Source: Phoronis australis
Taxonomy: Eukaryota > Animalia > Phoronida
Direction: 5' to 3'
DNA length: 64,000 nucleotides
Assembly: GCA_002633005.1 (NCBI GenBank)
Contig: NMRA01000723.1
Coordinates: 1-64,000, forward strand
This document shows positions 1 to 11,618 of the stretch, in pieces (position 1 is the first letter of the stretch; every line of letters begins with the position of its first letter). The translations under genes were made by a program, and so were the position numbers. Below the pieces are notes generated by a model that did not search any database, was not told the origin of the DNA, and saw only the letters and a list, made by a program, of their open reading frames with translations.

Positions 1-450
1 CTATTTTACTGTTCGACTAAAAAGAAAAAGATGGACATTTCTTGATTTTTGTAGCACACACAATTTCCTAGTCTACTAGAAAAAGAACAAAAAACGCCTT
101 CGGGTCCTTTGATGTGTTACTTCTCCCGTTCGACAAAAACACTGTCGCAACGTTTTGGTGTGTTTTGGCGAATAATTCACCCTTGCGTTTTAAACCCAGA
201 AGCCCACTTTTACCCAAAAGTTCAACTTTTCAGTCCAGCTGTCCTGTTTTTTTTTTCATTCTCGAATGTTGACCGTGACAGCTATGCAACAGGTGTTCAA
301 AATAACATTGACACTTCTTAAGAATATTTGTTATAATCCAAAGTGCACTTTCTTAAGTAGCATAACAATGATAAAATGTGTTCCAGTGTCACTTGTCCAC
401 TGTAATATACATGTACTGTATCAGAATCTCTAATTTTTGTTTCTGTGGAA
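1..450. repeat. Diverged dispersed repeat, homologous to ~19530-19960
   Basis: Shared blocks CTATTTT..GTTCGACTAAAAAA, TTCATTCTCGAAT and CATAACAAT..AAAATG.G.TCCA.TGTC.CTTGT in the same order. Confidence 0.6.
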
Positions 451-3400
451 AGTACACTGCAACCAATGTAATAAGCAGTCCTCTGTTCATGTCAAAGCAA
501 CTTACAAGAAGTTTTCCGTACAAACCCCCAGTGCCGCAGATTATACCATACCGAATTGAAGTCATGCAGCAAGACAAGCTTTAATTGGCATCATGCTATA
601 CGACTGCAGAGTCTCAGCCAGCGGCTAATGAGGTAGAATAGCAACAGCATACACACCGCAACTACAAGAGAAATTTCGCAAAGCAATGTTATGAACTTTT
701 GCTTAACTCAAAGGAAGTCATTACAACTACATGCGTACTAAATGGCACAAAATTCATTAACTCACAACAGTATATGAATGCTGAATAATACTGTACAATA
801 TTCTCTATGAGAACTAGCAATAACCAACTTGTGTTTACTTTAGTAAGAGCTTAAACACGGCAGGGCTTGCCTGTTAGTTTTTACTAAAATTGTTTGTTCT
901 AATCCAGATAATTTAGAAAACTGGAAACAGGTTTTTTCTGATTTTACCTTTATTTAAATCAAACAATAAATGGTCGCATTACTCAGCTAATTAATACCAC
1001 ACAGAAAATATACTGACTAAAATCAAACTCTATTGACTTTCAACAATTAGAAAATATATCATTCCTAGAGTGTCTACAAGGTTGGAGTTATCTGTAAATA
1101 TTTTGGCTAAATGCAGAGACTAGTAGAGTACTACAGCTACAGGGTTTGACTTACGAGACATGATAACCTTGCTTAACAACAACAAACATACTTCAGTTTT
1201 ATCATAGCAAATGTAGGCTCAACAGATTTCACTTTTTAAACCAGAGTCAGTAATAATTGCAGAAGGCCTATCACTTTAGTCGACTTACCTGACCGAAACG
1301 GCGAAAGTCCTTGGGCCTTGGCACAACTTCGTAAAGCCTTGCGCTGACTCTTCGTCAAAGTCAACGGATGGGATCCATCCTCCAAAAACTTCTTCACGTC
1401 ACTCTCACTGTACTTGAGANTCTACTACCAGAAGATATGTCAAAGAGAATTTGTAGCTTGAGGAACGAGTTGGGGAAAAAGTATTTGCCAAAGATTGCTG
1501 GCTTATACCACAACAGGTCCAAAGTAATTTGTTGAGATAGGCCACTTTCAGCAAATGTGGGGAAACTGGGACAGAGAAAGTGGAGTATGCATAGAAAGAG
1601 GCAATCTGCGATTGTCAAGGATGTAGCATTGTAAAAATTCAAAGGGAGGAAACAGTACAGTGGCTGAACCTGTAAATACTATGGCTGATCGGCTAAATCC
1701 AGTGAGGGCATTAATGTATCAGCACAGCTGTGTAGGGAAGTAAGCTTGTGTGTTGTCGCAAGCTTTGTTTGCACCAGAACTGCTTGTGTGAACAGCACAA
1801 ATCTAAAATTTACCCAGTATAAGACTGAATTTTTGTCCAGGCACGGATTATGATCCTGCGCCACATGGTAATAGTACATTGTTCATTTTGTTTAGCCGCT
1901 GGATTTTTTGGTCTGACAGGATTTCTCAGTGTCGCCATCACATTTAGATGATTTCTGACCACTGTACTTTTTCCTTGAAGATGCGTAATTGATCTGAATT
2001 TATGTTTCTGCATTTTATTTACCATTATAGATTTTTGTTTGTAAATGGGTATATATTACTGAAATTTGAGACCCTGTTGCAGTTAGGCTGGTTTTGTTAA
2101 CTTATCTTTCTGCCTGGGTTGGTAAACCCATATTCTGCCCAGGAGGTAATAAGTTTTGATTTAGACCATTTACCTCTATAAACTTTGCTCAGTTTGTTCC
2201 TTATCCAGATGGGAAGTGATTTCTGGAATTGTAGCGAATTGACAGTTTGCTATTCTTTGAGACCATGCTGTGTGTATAAAATCGCACACTATTAGACTGG
2301 TCTCTAGCAATTGCATATTGCCAGATCTTTCAAAGTTCTGAAATTGCTCAAAAGTGACCTGGAAGTAATAGCTATTTCGTGATGGTAAAATATCTAAATC
2401 AAAAGTTGTTTTATGTGAGTTTAGGCGAGTTTATGTCCACTTCAAATGATTTTTTGTTGCAGTACTGAAAAATATTGGCACATTAGCTATGGTGGCTCCT
2501 AGTTTTTTGGCGAATTGACCATTTTATGGTTCCTATGGGTAATTTTGTTACTGGTCTAGTATGTATGTACAACTGTAATCGTAGGGCAATTGTAATGCAA
2601 ACCATGTTGCAAAAGTATTTTTTCATGACCATTTCATCGTAAAATGCTGCCTAATTGGAACCGACAAACCAATTTTTCATTTTGTTGTGGTTAGTTTTGA
2701 TAAGAACATTGATGTGGTGAATACAGCTACCTCAGGTTTATGAAGAAGAGATTTCCAGTGTTGTCAGCGAAATCACTTTATCGCAATGAGACTGCATCAC
2801 CTTAAATGTAATTCCCTGACTTTATGGGCTTTGTGTGGTTGACTCTGTCCTGTAGCAATTAGAGTGTTGTAAAGATCTAGAAGGCATTTTTTATTTGAGT
2901 CATAACATTTGCACTTTGGACTGTACAGTTATCTTTGCATTGTACTACGAAAACATATTTTGTGGTACACAAGTCTCTGCTTGGTATTTTATATTTTTTT
3001 CACAAGGAATATTTTCAACTTAGATGAGTTTTCTGTGAGGTAGGCAATTTTCAAATAAGATAATGAATAAAATTGTCAAACATTGTTTTATTTTTTAGAT
3101 GTGTCATCTTCCAATAAGTGATTACTTTTAAAAAACCTGTGCAGAATTTGATTTTTACTCTTCATATGAAGGAGAATAAATCCATAAACCTGCATTGTCT
3201 AGAAATTTTACTCAAAGTACATATTACAGGGTTGGGGACTGGAATCTTAATACAACAGAGTCTGAACCCGTACCATGAGCAATACAACACAATACACGGA
3301 TATAAAAATTTGGTGTTTAGGTTCCACGGAAAGGATTCGTGTGCGCGGTAATAGTTACTAAGGTGCGTGGTCATTGTTTGTGGATACTTTGGGATTCCTC

Positions 3401-4408
3401 TTCTGTGGTCATCCACGGGAAACCTGGTCGCATAGAGAACAATAGATTAGCATCTTCATTGTTTCCGTTGTTATAATAAAGATATAATGACGAGCACTTA
3501 TCGGCAACGGTCTCAGTGATGTACGCAAGGTTCTATATCCATGCGACCTGTGTTGTTACATCCAACAATGACACAACAAAGGAAAACAATGATAGGACCG
3601 ATGGGCGAAAAACTTGCGACGAGTTGCCATGGAGAGTGGTGGAGTTTGTCTTGTCATTCGAATGTTTTTACAGAACTGCAAACCCGGTATTTCGTCAGGA
3701 AAATTTCTGCGGTCTTTTGTTTTAAGTCGTGGGAAAAATTGTGGTCATGCAACAAAACTTNACGCATCGATCTCAGATATATGAAAATTTCTCATTTTAG
3801 TACATTTGAGGTGCCAAGATATATAACTAATAAACTGTCTGACAAAGTTTTTATTTTATGAAATGAAAGTAACATGTTTTGTCAATATTTTGGCTAAGTT
3901 TCATTCTCATAACAGTGGAGGCAGATTTGGTACAGCAGTGTACTGAACACAACCTCAAAATGGCATAACGGGGGGCAGTGTAGTAAAACTACTAAATGAG
4001 GGTGGTAAATCGGAATCGTGTTTCAAGACATCTGTGTAACAATCTACAGGCACCACTAAACAATGGGCTGACCCCCACCTTGCCGCTCATGGCTGGTGCT
4101 CTCGTGGACTAGCACTTAAATCTTCACAAACGAATCTTAAGTTAAGCATCGATGACAGCAATTACCGATTTGAATGGTATTTTTAACTGTCTCGCTAATT
4201 TCATCAGTAAAATCTCGCCTGCTCGATGGCCACATTGAATAGCTCATGTACACTCGGGCACAGGCGCTCGAATTTCCCGATGACTCATAACCATATATAA
4301 GAAACATAAAGGTTAGACACTAAAACTTTGACGAGCCGAGGCTCCCAACTTCAACTGTCCCAAATCCAAATAAAATCTGCGTGCATCTCCTTTAGACTAG
4401 TATTGTAT

Positions 4409-4636
4409 ACTCGGGAACCCAATGGTCGTCCGCCTAAGCATAAAACCGACTTGCTGTTGTACTCACCGAATTATTCCACTTCAAAGTTATGGTCTGAATA
4501 GGATTCGATTTAACTCTCACAGATATACCGCATTCATCGATTCGGAAGTTTTCTTTAATTTGTGCCGAGTTATTTCAAATGTGCACTGCCTTCGGCAGCC
4601 ATTTTATTGTGACACCTAAGGTCGTCATATGCTGCC
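4409..4636. repeat. Dispersed repeat, second copy at ~9115-9340
   Basis: ACTCGGGAACCCAATGGTCGTCCGCCTAAGCATAAAACCG... colinear in both places. Confidence 0.8.
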
Positions 4637-5092
4637 CCCTTTTGTAAAAACTGAGAAATATGCAGAAAAAGGCCAACGAAGTAATGAAAATTGCAACAGC
4701 CTGTTTTTATTGACATAAACTCGATTTGAAGCTTTGATGTTGAGCTCTGCACTGTGGTTTCCAATAAAAGCCAATTGGACANNNNNNNNNNNNNNNNNNN
4801 NNNNNNNNNNNNNNNNNNNNNNNNNNNNNNNNNNNNNNNNNNNNNNNNNNNNNNNNNNNNNNNNNNNNNNNNNNNNNNNNNNNNNNNNNNNNNNNNNNNN
4901 NNNNNNNNNNNNNNNNNNNNNNNNNNNNNNNNNNNNNNNNNNNNNNNNNNNNNNNNNNNNNNNNNNNNNNNNNNNNNNNNNNNNNNNNNNNNNNNNNNNN
5001 NNNNNNNNNNNNNNNNNNNNNNNNNNNNNNNNNNACTTTTTAAACCAGAGTCAATAATAATTGCAGTAGGCCTATCACTTTAGTCGACTTAC

Positions 5093-5423
5093 CTGACCGA
5101 AACGGCGAAAGTCCTTGGGCCTTGGCACAACTTCGTAAAGCCTTGCGCTGACTCTTCGTCAAAGTCAACGGATGGGATCCATCCTCCAAAAGCTTCTTCA
5201 CGTCACTCTCACTGTACTTGAGATCATGCATCTTTGCAAAAAAACGTCTGGATTATTCGTGTTCGTAGCAGATAACGACTCAACTGTCTCACAGTAGCGT
5301 ACAGAAGTGCTCTGGGAAGAAATTTCACGCTCTCAAGACCGGATGCCAACCTGGCCAATCTGCGCATGCGCAAAGTCGGATTGGGAAGAAATTTCACGGG
5401 GAAGAAATTTCACGCGCCACCGG
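5093..5423 (-). mobile_element. Ginger-like DNA transposon end with first coding exon of an integrase-type transposase
   Basis: Minus-strand exon 5093-5231 (MHDLKYSESDVKKLLEDGSHPLTLTKSQRKALRSCAK.., donor G|GTAAGT) resembles the L..G.YP..TK..KR.LR..A leader of Ginger/GIN1 integrases; subterminal GGGAAGAAATTTCACG x3; terminus ..CGCGCCA followed by CCGG (5420-5423), a typical Ginger1 target. Confidence 0.5.
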
Positions 5424-5473
5424 CACTGTATATACGTTAGACGCCTAGATTTAGCTTTCCTTGATTCCATTAA

Positions 5474-8215
5474 AGTCCTTGTCTCACACGTTGTTAACCC
5501 TTATTACATGGTTAGAGGATATTATAAGGATCCAAGAAGTACCTACCCCATAACTAATACACGATCCGTACTCGAAAAAAGTTTAAATGAACGCGCCACT
5601 CACGATTCGCACCCGAAGAACCACCGCCATTTTGAACTTGCCGCGCACCCGGAAGTACAATTCATTCAGGAACCCAGGCTAAGAAAACGCCGTCAGTGTG
5701 AATGGACGAGTGCCTGTTACCAGCCTGCAAACGGGATAAAGTAATGGAGAGTGCGCCTTAATTTTAGTAAAATCAAAATTTTATCGAATTTGCTGAAGAA
5801 ATGTAGCGAATAAAGTTTGACAGAAATTATTTTCCCGGACTCGGGACCGCAGCCTATTGGACCCGGTGCAGATCGAGACAAGACACTGGCGAACGGTAAA
5901 GGCATGCGGTTGCAAGCTGTTTTGTCTAAGTAAAATGTTCAAATCATAAATGCCGTATATATTCAAAGGTAGTTTCAGACACTTGCATAAAATTACGGAC
6001 TGGTTAATCCTGTGTCACACTGCCGCGGCAGCCCTTAGCTAGCCTCAGTGCCAGCTCACCAGTATGAAGACCACCGTCAAAATACAGCTAGCTTGTTAGT
6101 AGACCCATACAGCTTTGGGCCACTTGTTAGTAGACCCACACAGCTTTGGGCCAAGGCTACCCTTTGGCCTACCTGGTCGCTGGCCACAGCGCTCGCTCAA
6201 ACGAGGTTTATTTAGAATTTGGGTACGTCTGGGGAACTGCGCAAAGTGGGCTTTCAACAGAGATTTTTCCAGATTTTGTATGAGCGCACCAAGCTTAAAA
6301 AAATGGGGATCTGGAATTTTTGGGAATGTCTATCTTTTAGTATTAGATTCACTGGTTATGTTCAGAGTTATGAATTGCAGACGCTAAATTTTGGTACTTC
6401 CTGTCTTCTAGTGGAATATCGTCTCGTTTTCTACTTTTTTCGGAGTTCGTGCTTCTCTGACTGAGGCAGACCTTTTTCCATTTCTCTGAATAGGGGGCTC
6501 GTTCGAGCACATAAGTATGACAAGTCCAATACAAAATATTATCGTTTCTTATTCATTAAGCCAAAATGATTCAATCTTTTAACATAATAAGTAACTTAAA
6601 ATGCACAATATTTTACAACATTTAGCATTACAAACACTATTCAACAGCAAAAGTTTCCACGATATGAAAGTGGACATACATGTAACTATTACCATGGTGA
6701 CCGAATAGTGTTTCCTTACACCAGAATTTTACAAGCATGATTAAAAAATATGAAGTTGCAAGGAACAAGAATTGGAGGCTTGAAGCTTCAGAATCCAACA
6801 GCTTATTTCTCAAATTAAGATTATTCATATTGTTGACGTGATAACCTGAATTAAGAAGCAATAAGTTACAAAACATGACTTGAAAGCAATTGAGACTTAA
6901 AATTTAGAAAAATATGAATCATTTTGTGACACCTAATCAAGTCTTGAACAGCAGTTGACAGTCAAACAAAAACCCATTTCAAAATTATTTCAACTATTTT
7001 TTAACCTTATTGTAAGATCACCTGAATGGGAAATTCACAGTAAAATAATTCGAATTATCTTATATTTTTCACAAAAAACACGAAAATTGAACAAAGTTCC
7101 TTTTTGTAGCTACGTTTGTCAAAATGTATCAACGTTAAATCTTCACAATTTACAAAGTAACAGGTTGAACCTGCCTTCCAGTTCAGCAAAAGTCGCCATG
7201 TTGTCGGTGCCTCCAGAAATGAGACTAAGTCCAACGGGAATTTGTGAGCACATTTATCACTTAATGAGTAACAACTGCGAAGCTGAAATTTGATGAACAC
7301 TGTTGAATCGTGCAGAATAATAAGTAAAGATATGTCTCACTAAATTTCACTGTAAATTGTTGGCGAAAACAATTTACACAAAGTTTTAAACTCGTAACTT
7401 ATACCGCTGTCCTCCAATATGGCCGACGCGATCCAAACAAAGTGACCCAAATTTCGCCACAAAAATTGCAATAACTTTACAGTGCTTGCCCCGATTGTGA
7501 TACTTTTTCGATTTTTACTAAGTAGAATGCCAGGAGCGGATCCAGAATTTAAGTTAGGGGGGCCAGGCAGAGTGTTAGCCAGGATTTTGCTCGTCAAACA
7601 TTCGCACCTCCCAATTGCCAAATGGAATCCGGGAGAGTTTTAGGGGGGCATGGCCCCCTTGGCCCCCCTCTAAATCCGCCACTGAATGCACTACCTTTCC
7701 GATGATAGCAAAGCACTTTTTCAAAACGAGAAAAAAACATCAAAACTGAAAAAATTAGTTCGACACATATTGGTTCCTAGGTTCGAACACCCTACGTAAG
7801 GAACTTAACACCAATGCTATTTCAACATAATAAGTACGCGTAACATTCCAAATAAATTCAACGACCACTAACTACAAACTATAAATACACTACACACACA
7901 AACAAATCACGAGATGATTACCAATAAAGCAAAATAATGAAGACTTTTCGAGCAAGCGATAGCACATTCAGTTACAAGGAAAAAATTGCGGCGTTCAGGA
8001 CAAGTTCCTGAACTGATGATCCGGAAATGTGGGTAATGAAATAACCGATGACAGCCGGTAATTATACCCTCACAGAGAAGGGTCAAATACTGTTTTAAAA
8101 ATCGCTTTTGGCAAGAAAAGCGAAAAGAATATAAAGAAAGGGTGTCGAAAATAAGATTTTATGTAGTAAGTATTTTCGGATACTGGAACCACATGAGCAG
8201 TTTGAGACCAGGACT
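5474..8215. mobile_element. Non-autonomous Kolobok-type DNA transposon, copy 1
   Basis: TTAA|AGTCCTTGTCTCA ... TGAGACCAGGACT|TTAA; TTAA TSD with AG..CT termini fits Kolobok rather than piggyBac (CC..GG); colinear with 21957-24453. Confidence 0.85.
7531..7684. mobile_element. 154-bp CAG..CTG MITE nested in Kolobok copy 1
   Basis: CAGGAGCGGATCC ... AAATCCGCCACTG flanked by AATGC duplication (7526-7530, 7685-7689); empty site AGTAGAATGCACTACC in copy 2 at ~23935. Confidence 0.8.
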
Positions 8216-11200
8216 TTAAATTATCCCCGTGCGTGGTGAATTGGCGACGAAATTTTCAAAACAAAGTCAAAACTCTGAATTCAAGGACCTAACATAGTTA
8301 ACATGGCGGATTTCAGTTGTGCTTTAACTTGAACACCTGTCGAAAATAAAATTTCGAGTTTGAGCAAGCAATCCCTATGTCAAAGTCAAAAAATTTATAC
8401 CCAATGTCATTGATTGAGGTTATTAAAATTAACCTTCCGCTTAAGTGTAATTTGTTTCTTCTTATAGCTCATTTCAAGCCTTAACCTAGAATTTAATTGA
8501 AAGAACCGGCGTATCTTGTGTTTGATCTTGACATTATGGGCTAGTCTTTGTTGAAGCACAACGAACACTCGGTTTTGGCGGACATTTCCGATGTATGATC
8601 ACACGTTTAGTTGCGCTAAATCACCATCGGTAAATGCCAGATTTCGCAGTAGCCCAGCGTTACAAGCCAGCAACCTGTGGTACCTATAAACAACGTTGTT
8701 TTGCATAACCAAAGCTTAATTACATTCAAACTGAAACTAAATTATGTGGAGGGCACTCAAATCGTGGGCGCGCGAAAACAGACCTCCGGAACTGCGTCGG
8801 GAGCGTCCGCCAAGAACCCGGATGCTCGAAGTTCGTCTGCCATGAAGTCTTACGTCACGGAATAAGGTCCTTGAACTTGTGATTTTGGCGTTTCTTGACA
8901 TTTTTGTCTTCAAATCACCACTCGAAGGAAATTTGAAGAGATCAAATGAAAGAAGGAATTCAAAGATTTGTTCGATACTAGTTTCGCGGAGTTCCATGCA
9001 CATTTGAGTAGAAAATTCTGAGCAAACAGATTTTGAGTGTCCAACCTTTATGTTTTCTTAGTAGTGAGTGACGTCAGTCGTGATCGAGGAACAAATAAAC
9101 TCAAGCGCCTGTGCACTCGGGAACCCAATGGTCGTCCGCCTAAGCATAAAACCGGCTTGTTGTCGTACTCACGTAATTATTCCACCTCAAAGTTATGCTC
9201 TGAATAGGATTTGATTTAAGTCTCACAAATATATAATATTCGTTGATTCAAAAGTTTTCTTTTATTTATGCCGAGTTGTTTCAACTGTACATTACTTTTT
9301 GGCAGCCATTTTGTAATGACTATGGTCGTCATATGCTGCCACATTTCAGGAAAAGATCAAGAAAATAGTGTAAAGTGGTTTACCACAAACTGTTTTACTG
9401 GTATGATATCGATTTTTAAATCGGTTGAAATTGGTTCAGAATTTCAGTTCTAGAAAATAAATCGCGATGGTCTTATTCCAGATAGGTCTTACTTATTTTT
9501 TTATTTGTGAACTCTTTACTTGACTTTTTGCTTTTGTTGTTCTTAGCACCACTTATCTCTGCCGTCTTTCTTTCTTTCAGTTTTTCTTCGTTCTCTGTTA
9601 ACACCTTGCCAGCCAAAACAGAACTGTAACCCTTTGAGACTTGGTCGGCGGAAGTTGATCATTAAACCTATATACAGTTGTTCTTATAAATTGCCCAATA
9701 TCATTTTGTTTGATTTTTTGCACCTTTAACAGGCTTCTGCAATCATAAATAAATAAATAAATACCCAAGTTGCATTTTCATTTTATTGCTCAATCTCTTC
9801 TTTTATTTTTAATTACGTCATGCTGTGTTGTATGTAACAATGCAATATAATGAAATAAAGTCAATGTTTTATTTTATTGGTGGCCATTCTCTATCAATTC
9901 AAGTATTTTAGTTTTCTTTAAATAAGTCCAAAATGCCTGAACCAAAATTTCAACATAAATGTTGAGCTCAACACTGTGTTTTGCAATAAAAAACAAGTGA
10001 ACAATATTTTGATAACCAATGCGTGCGCCGAAACATTTAAGCACACAGCGTGTTGCATTTGTCTGCTGCGTTTTTGCCTTGGCTTAACAGGTGTCGGTGA
10101 GTGCTTGGGACAAATAGATACATTGCATAAACAATCCTTGGATTGTTTTTTGTTCCGTCCGAACAAAATTTAATTTCGCAAATATCTTCTGAAAATGAAC
10201 AAAAAAGTGCACTAGCGGTAAAATCTACAAGTTTTTAAGTATTTTCAAAAAACAGTCGGTAAATGCACCGATTTTCGTCTCAATTCTTCGATGTGTGTTT
10301 CTCCCGAGAGGTTAGTACCTAACGAGCAGACGAGTAACTCCAGAGTGCACGCAAAAGAAGATGGCCGCGGACGACCATTGGAGCCTGACGACGATAGGTA
10401 TCCCGACCATACACCATTCATGTAGTATAGTGTAATGACGAGCGGCTGATTAAAGGTGCTTGGACAGAAACTATCGAAACAAATAATACCAATAACTGTC
10501 ACTATCAGTCAATCTCAACGTGTTCAAGCCCTTCCTGTGGCGCCAACTATTAATTCAATGATCGAGATTGACGCCTCGTCGCCACCGAAGACCATAGAAA
10601 AGTCCGTGCGGTTAACATTTAAGACTTATCGTTCCACAGACTATAGAGTATCTATGATCGTTCTGAGTCCCCCCTCGGCCATGTTTGTCACTTGGTCTGT
10701 GCTTATTTCCATGGCGACGTTTTCTTACCAAAGTTCCTCCTCAAGAACGTCGAACGTTCACTATTTTTCCAGAATCTGTTTGGCAATTGAAATCTTGCTC
10801 TGCTACCAATTGTAGGAGTGAGTTCCGTTGTTGCTTAATTTCGGTTACAAATTAGGAAAGATTTCCAGTGTCTTGGATACGACTGTTTTATTCACTACTC
10901 ATCCATAACTTAACGCCAGCCGGCCAAACCCACGTGAAACACAATTATAATTTCCGTAACCATAGCTAGGACAGAAAGCCCACATGACTCATTTAGTTAC
11001 AACGGTAACAGTTACAACAACCGGCATGTCAACCACCACCATAGCATTTTCTACGAATAAGACAAATTGGGGGTCACCGACTTCGTCTTTGAGATGTTTA
11101 AGTTCAAAACAGCTTCACGCAAAAGTGCACAATTTCCCCTTCTCAAAAGCATGCAAGTTTCCAAATCCCAACGACTCCGTTTCATTTCACTGGATGGCGA

Positions 11201-11333
11201 TTATGTTGTGTTGTTGAGTTTGTGATTTCGTTGATGGGCACAATCTGAGACAAGATGTTCCGTCTTTAATAAATTTAAAATTGCCGTTTGAATTGAATTA
11301 AATTACACCTAAGATCCCACACTTGGTTGTTAA

Positions 11334-11618
11334 AGGCGAAGGTAATGTGGCATGTTGACTGACTCGTAAACAAAAGCAAACGACGACCGAACTTATCACA
11401 ACAGAGGTAGAACAATGACTGACTCGACTGCTCTCACAGTCAGACTGTATGAAAAGAAATTGGCGCGAAATTCTTGCCTCCCAAAACGTCACTTCCGGAG
11501 TAGAGGACGAGAAATTAATTAAATTACGAAAAGCTGTAAGTAAGTGAAAAATATGTCTGGGATAATCAACAGACCTTGTTTTTGCTAAAAGTGACATGAA
11601 AAAAGGTTGCCTTCGCCT
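11334..11618. mobile_element. TTAA-flanked Kolobok-type MITE
   Basis: TTAA|AGGCGAAGGTAA ... TTGCCTTCGCCT|TTAA. Confidence 0.7.

Noticed and set aside
370-410. Minus-strand ILQWTSDTGTHF resembling an integrase SDNGxxF motif
   Set aside because: Surrounded by stops and inside a repeat whose second copy (~19880) does not keep the motif; probably chance.
10245-11217. ORFs of 77-119 aa, including a Thr-rich one, as possible further ShKT-gene exons
   Set aside because: No ShKT/VWC cysteine pattern or compatible splice sites, and the gene already has a stop and AATAAA at ~14.5 kb.
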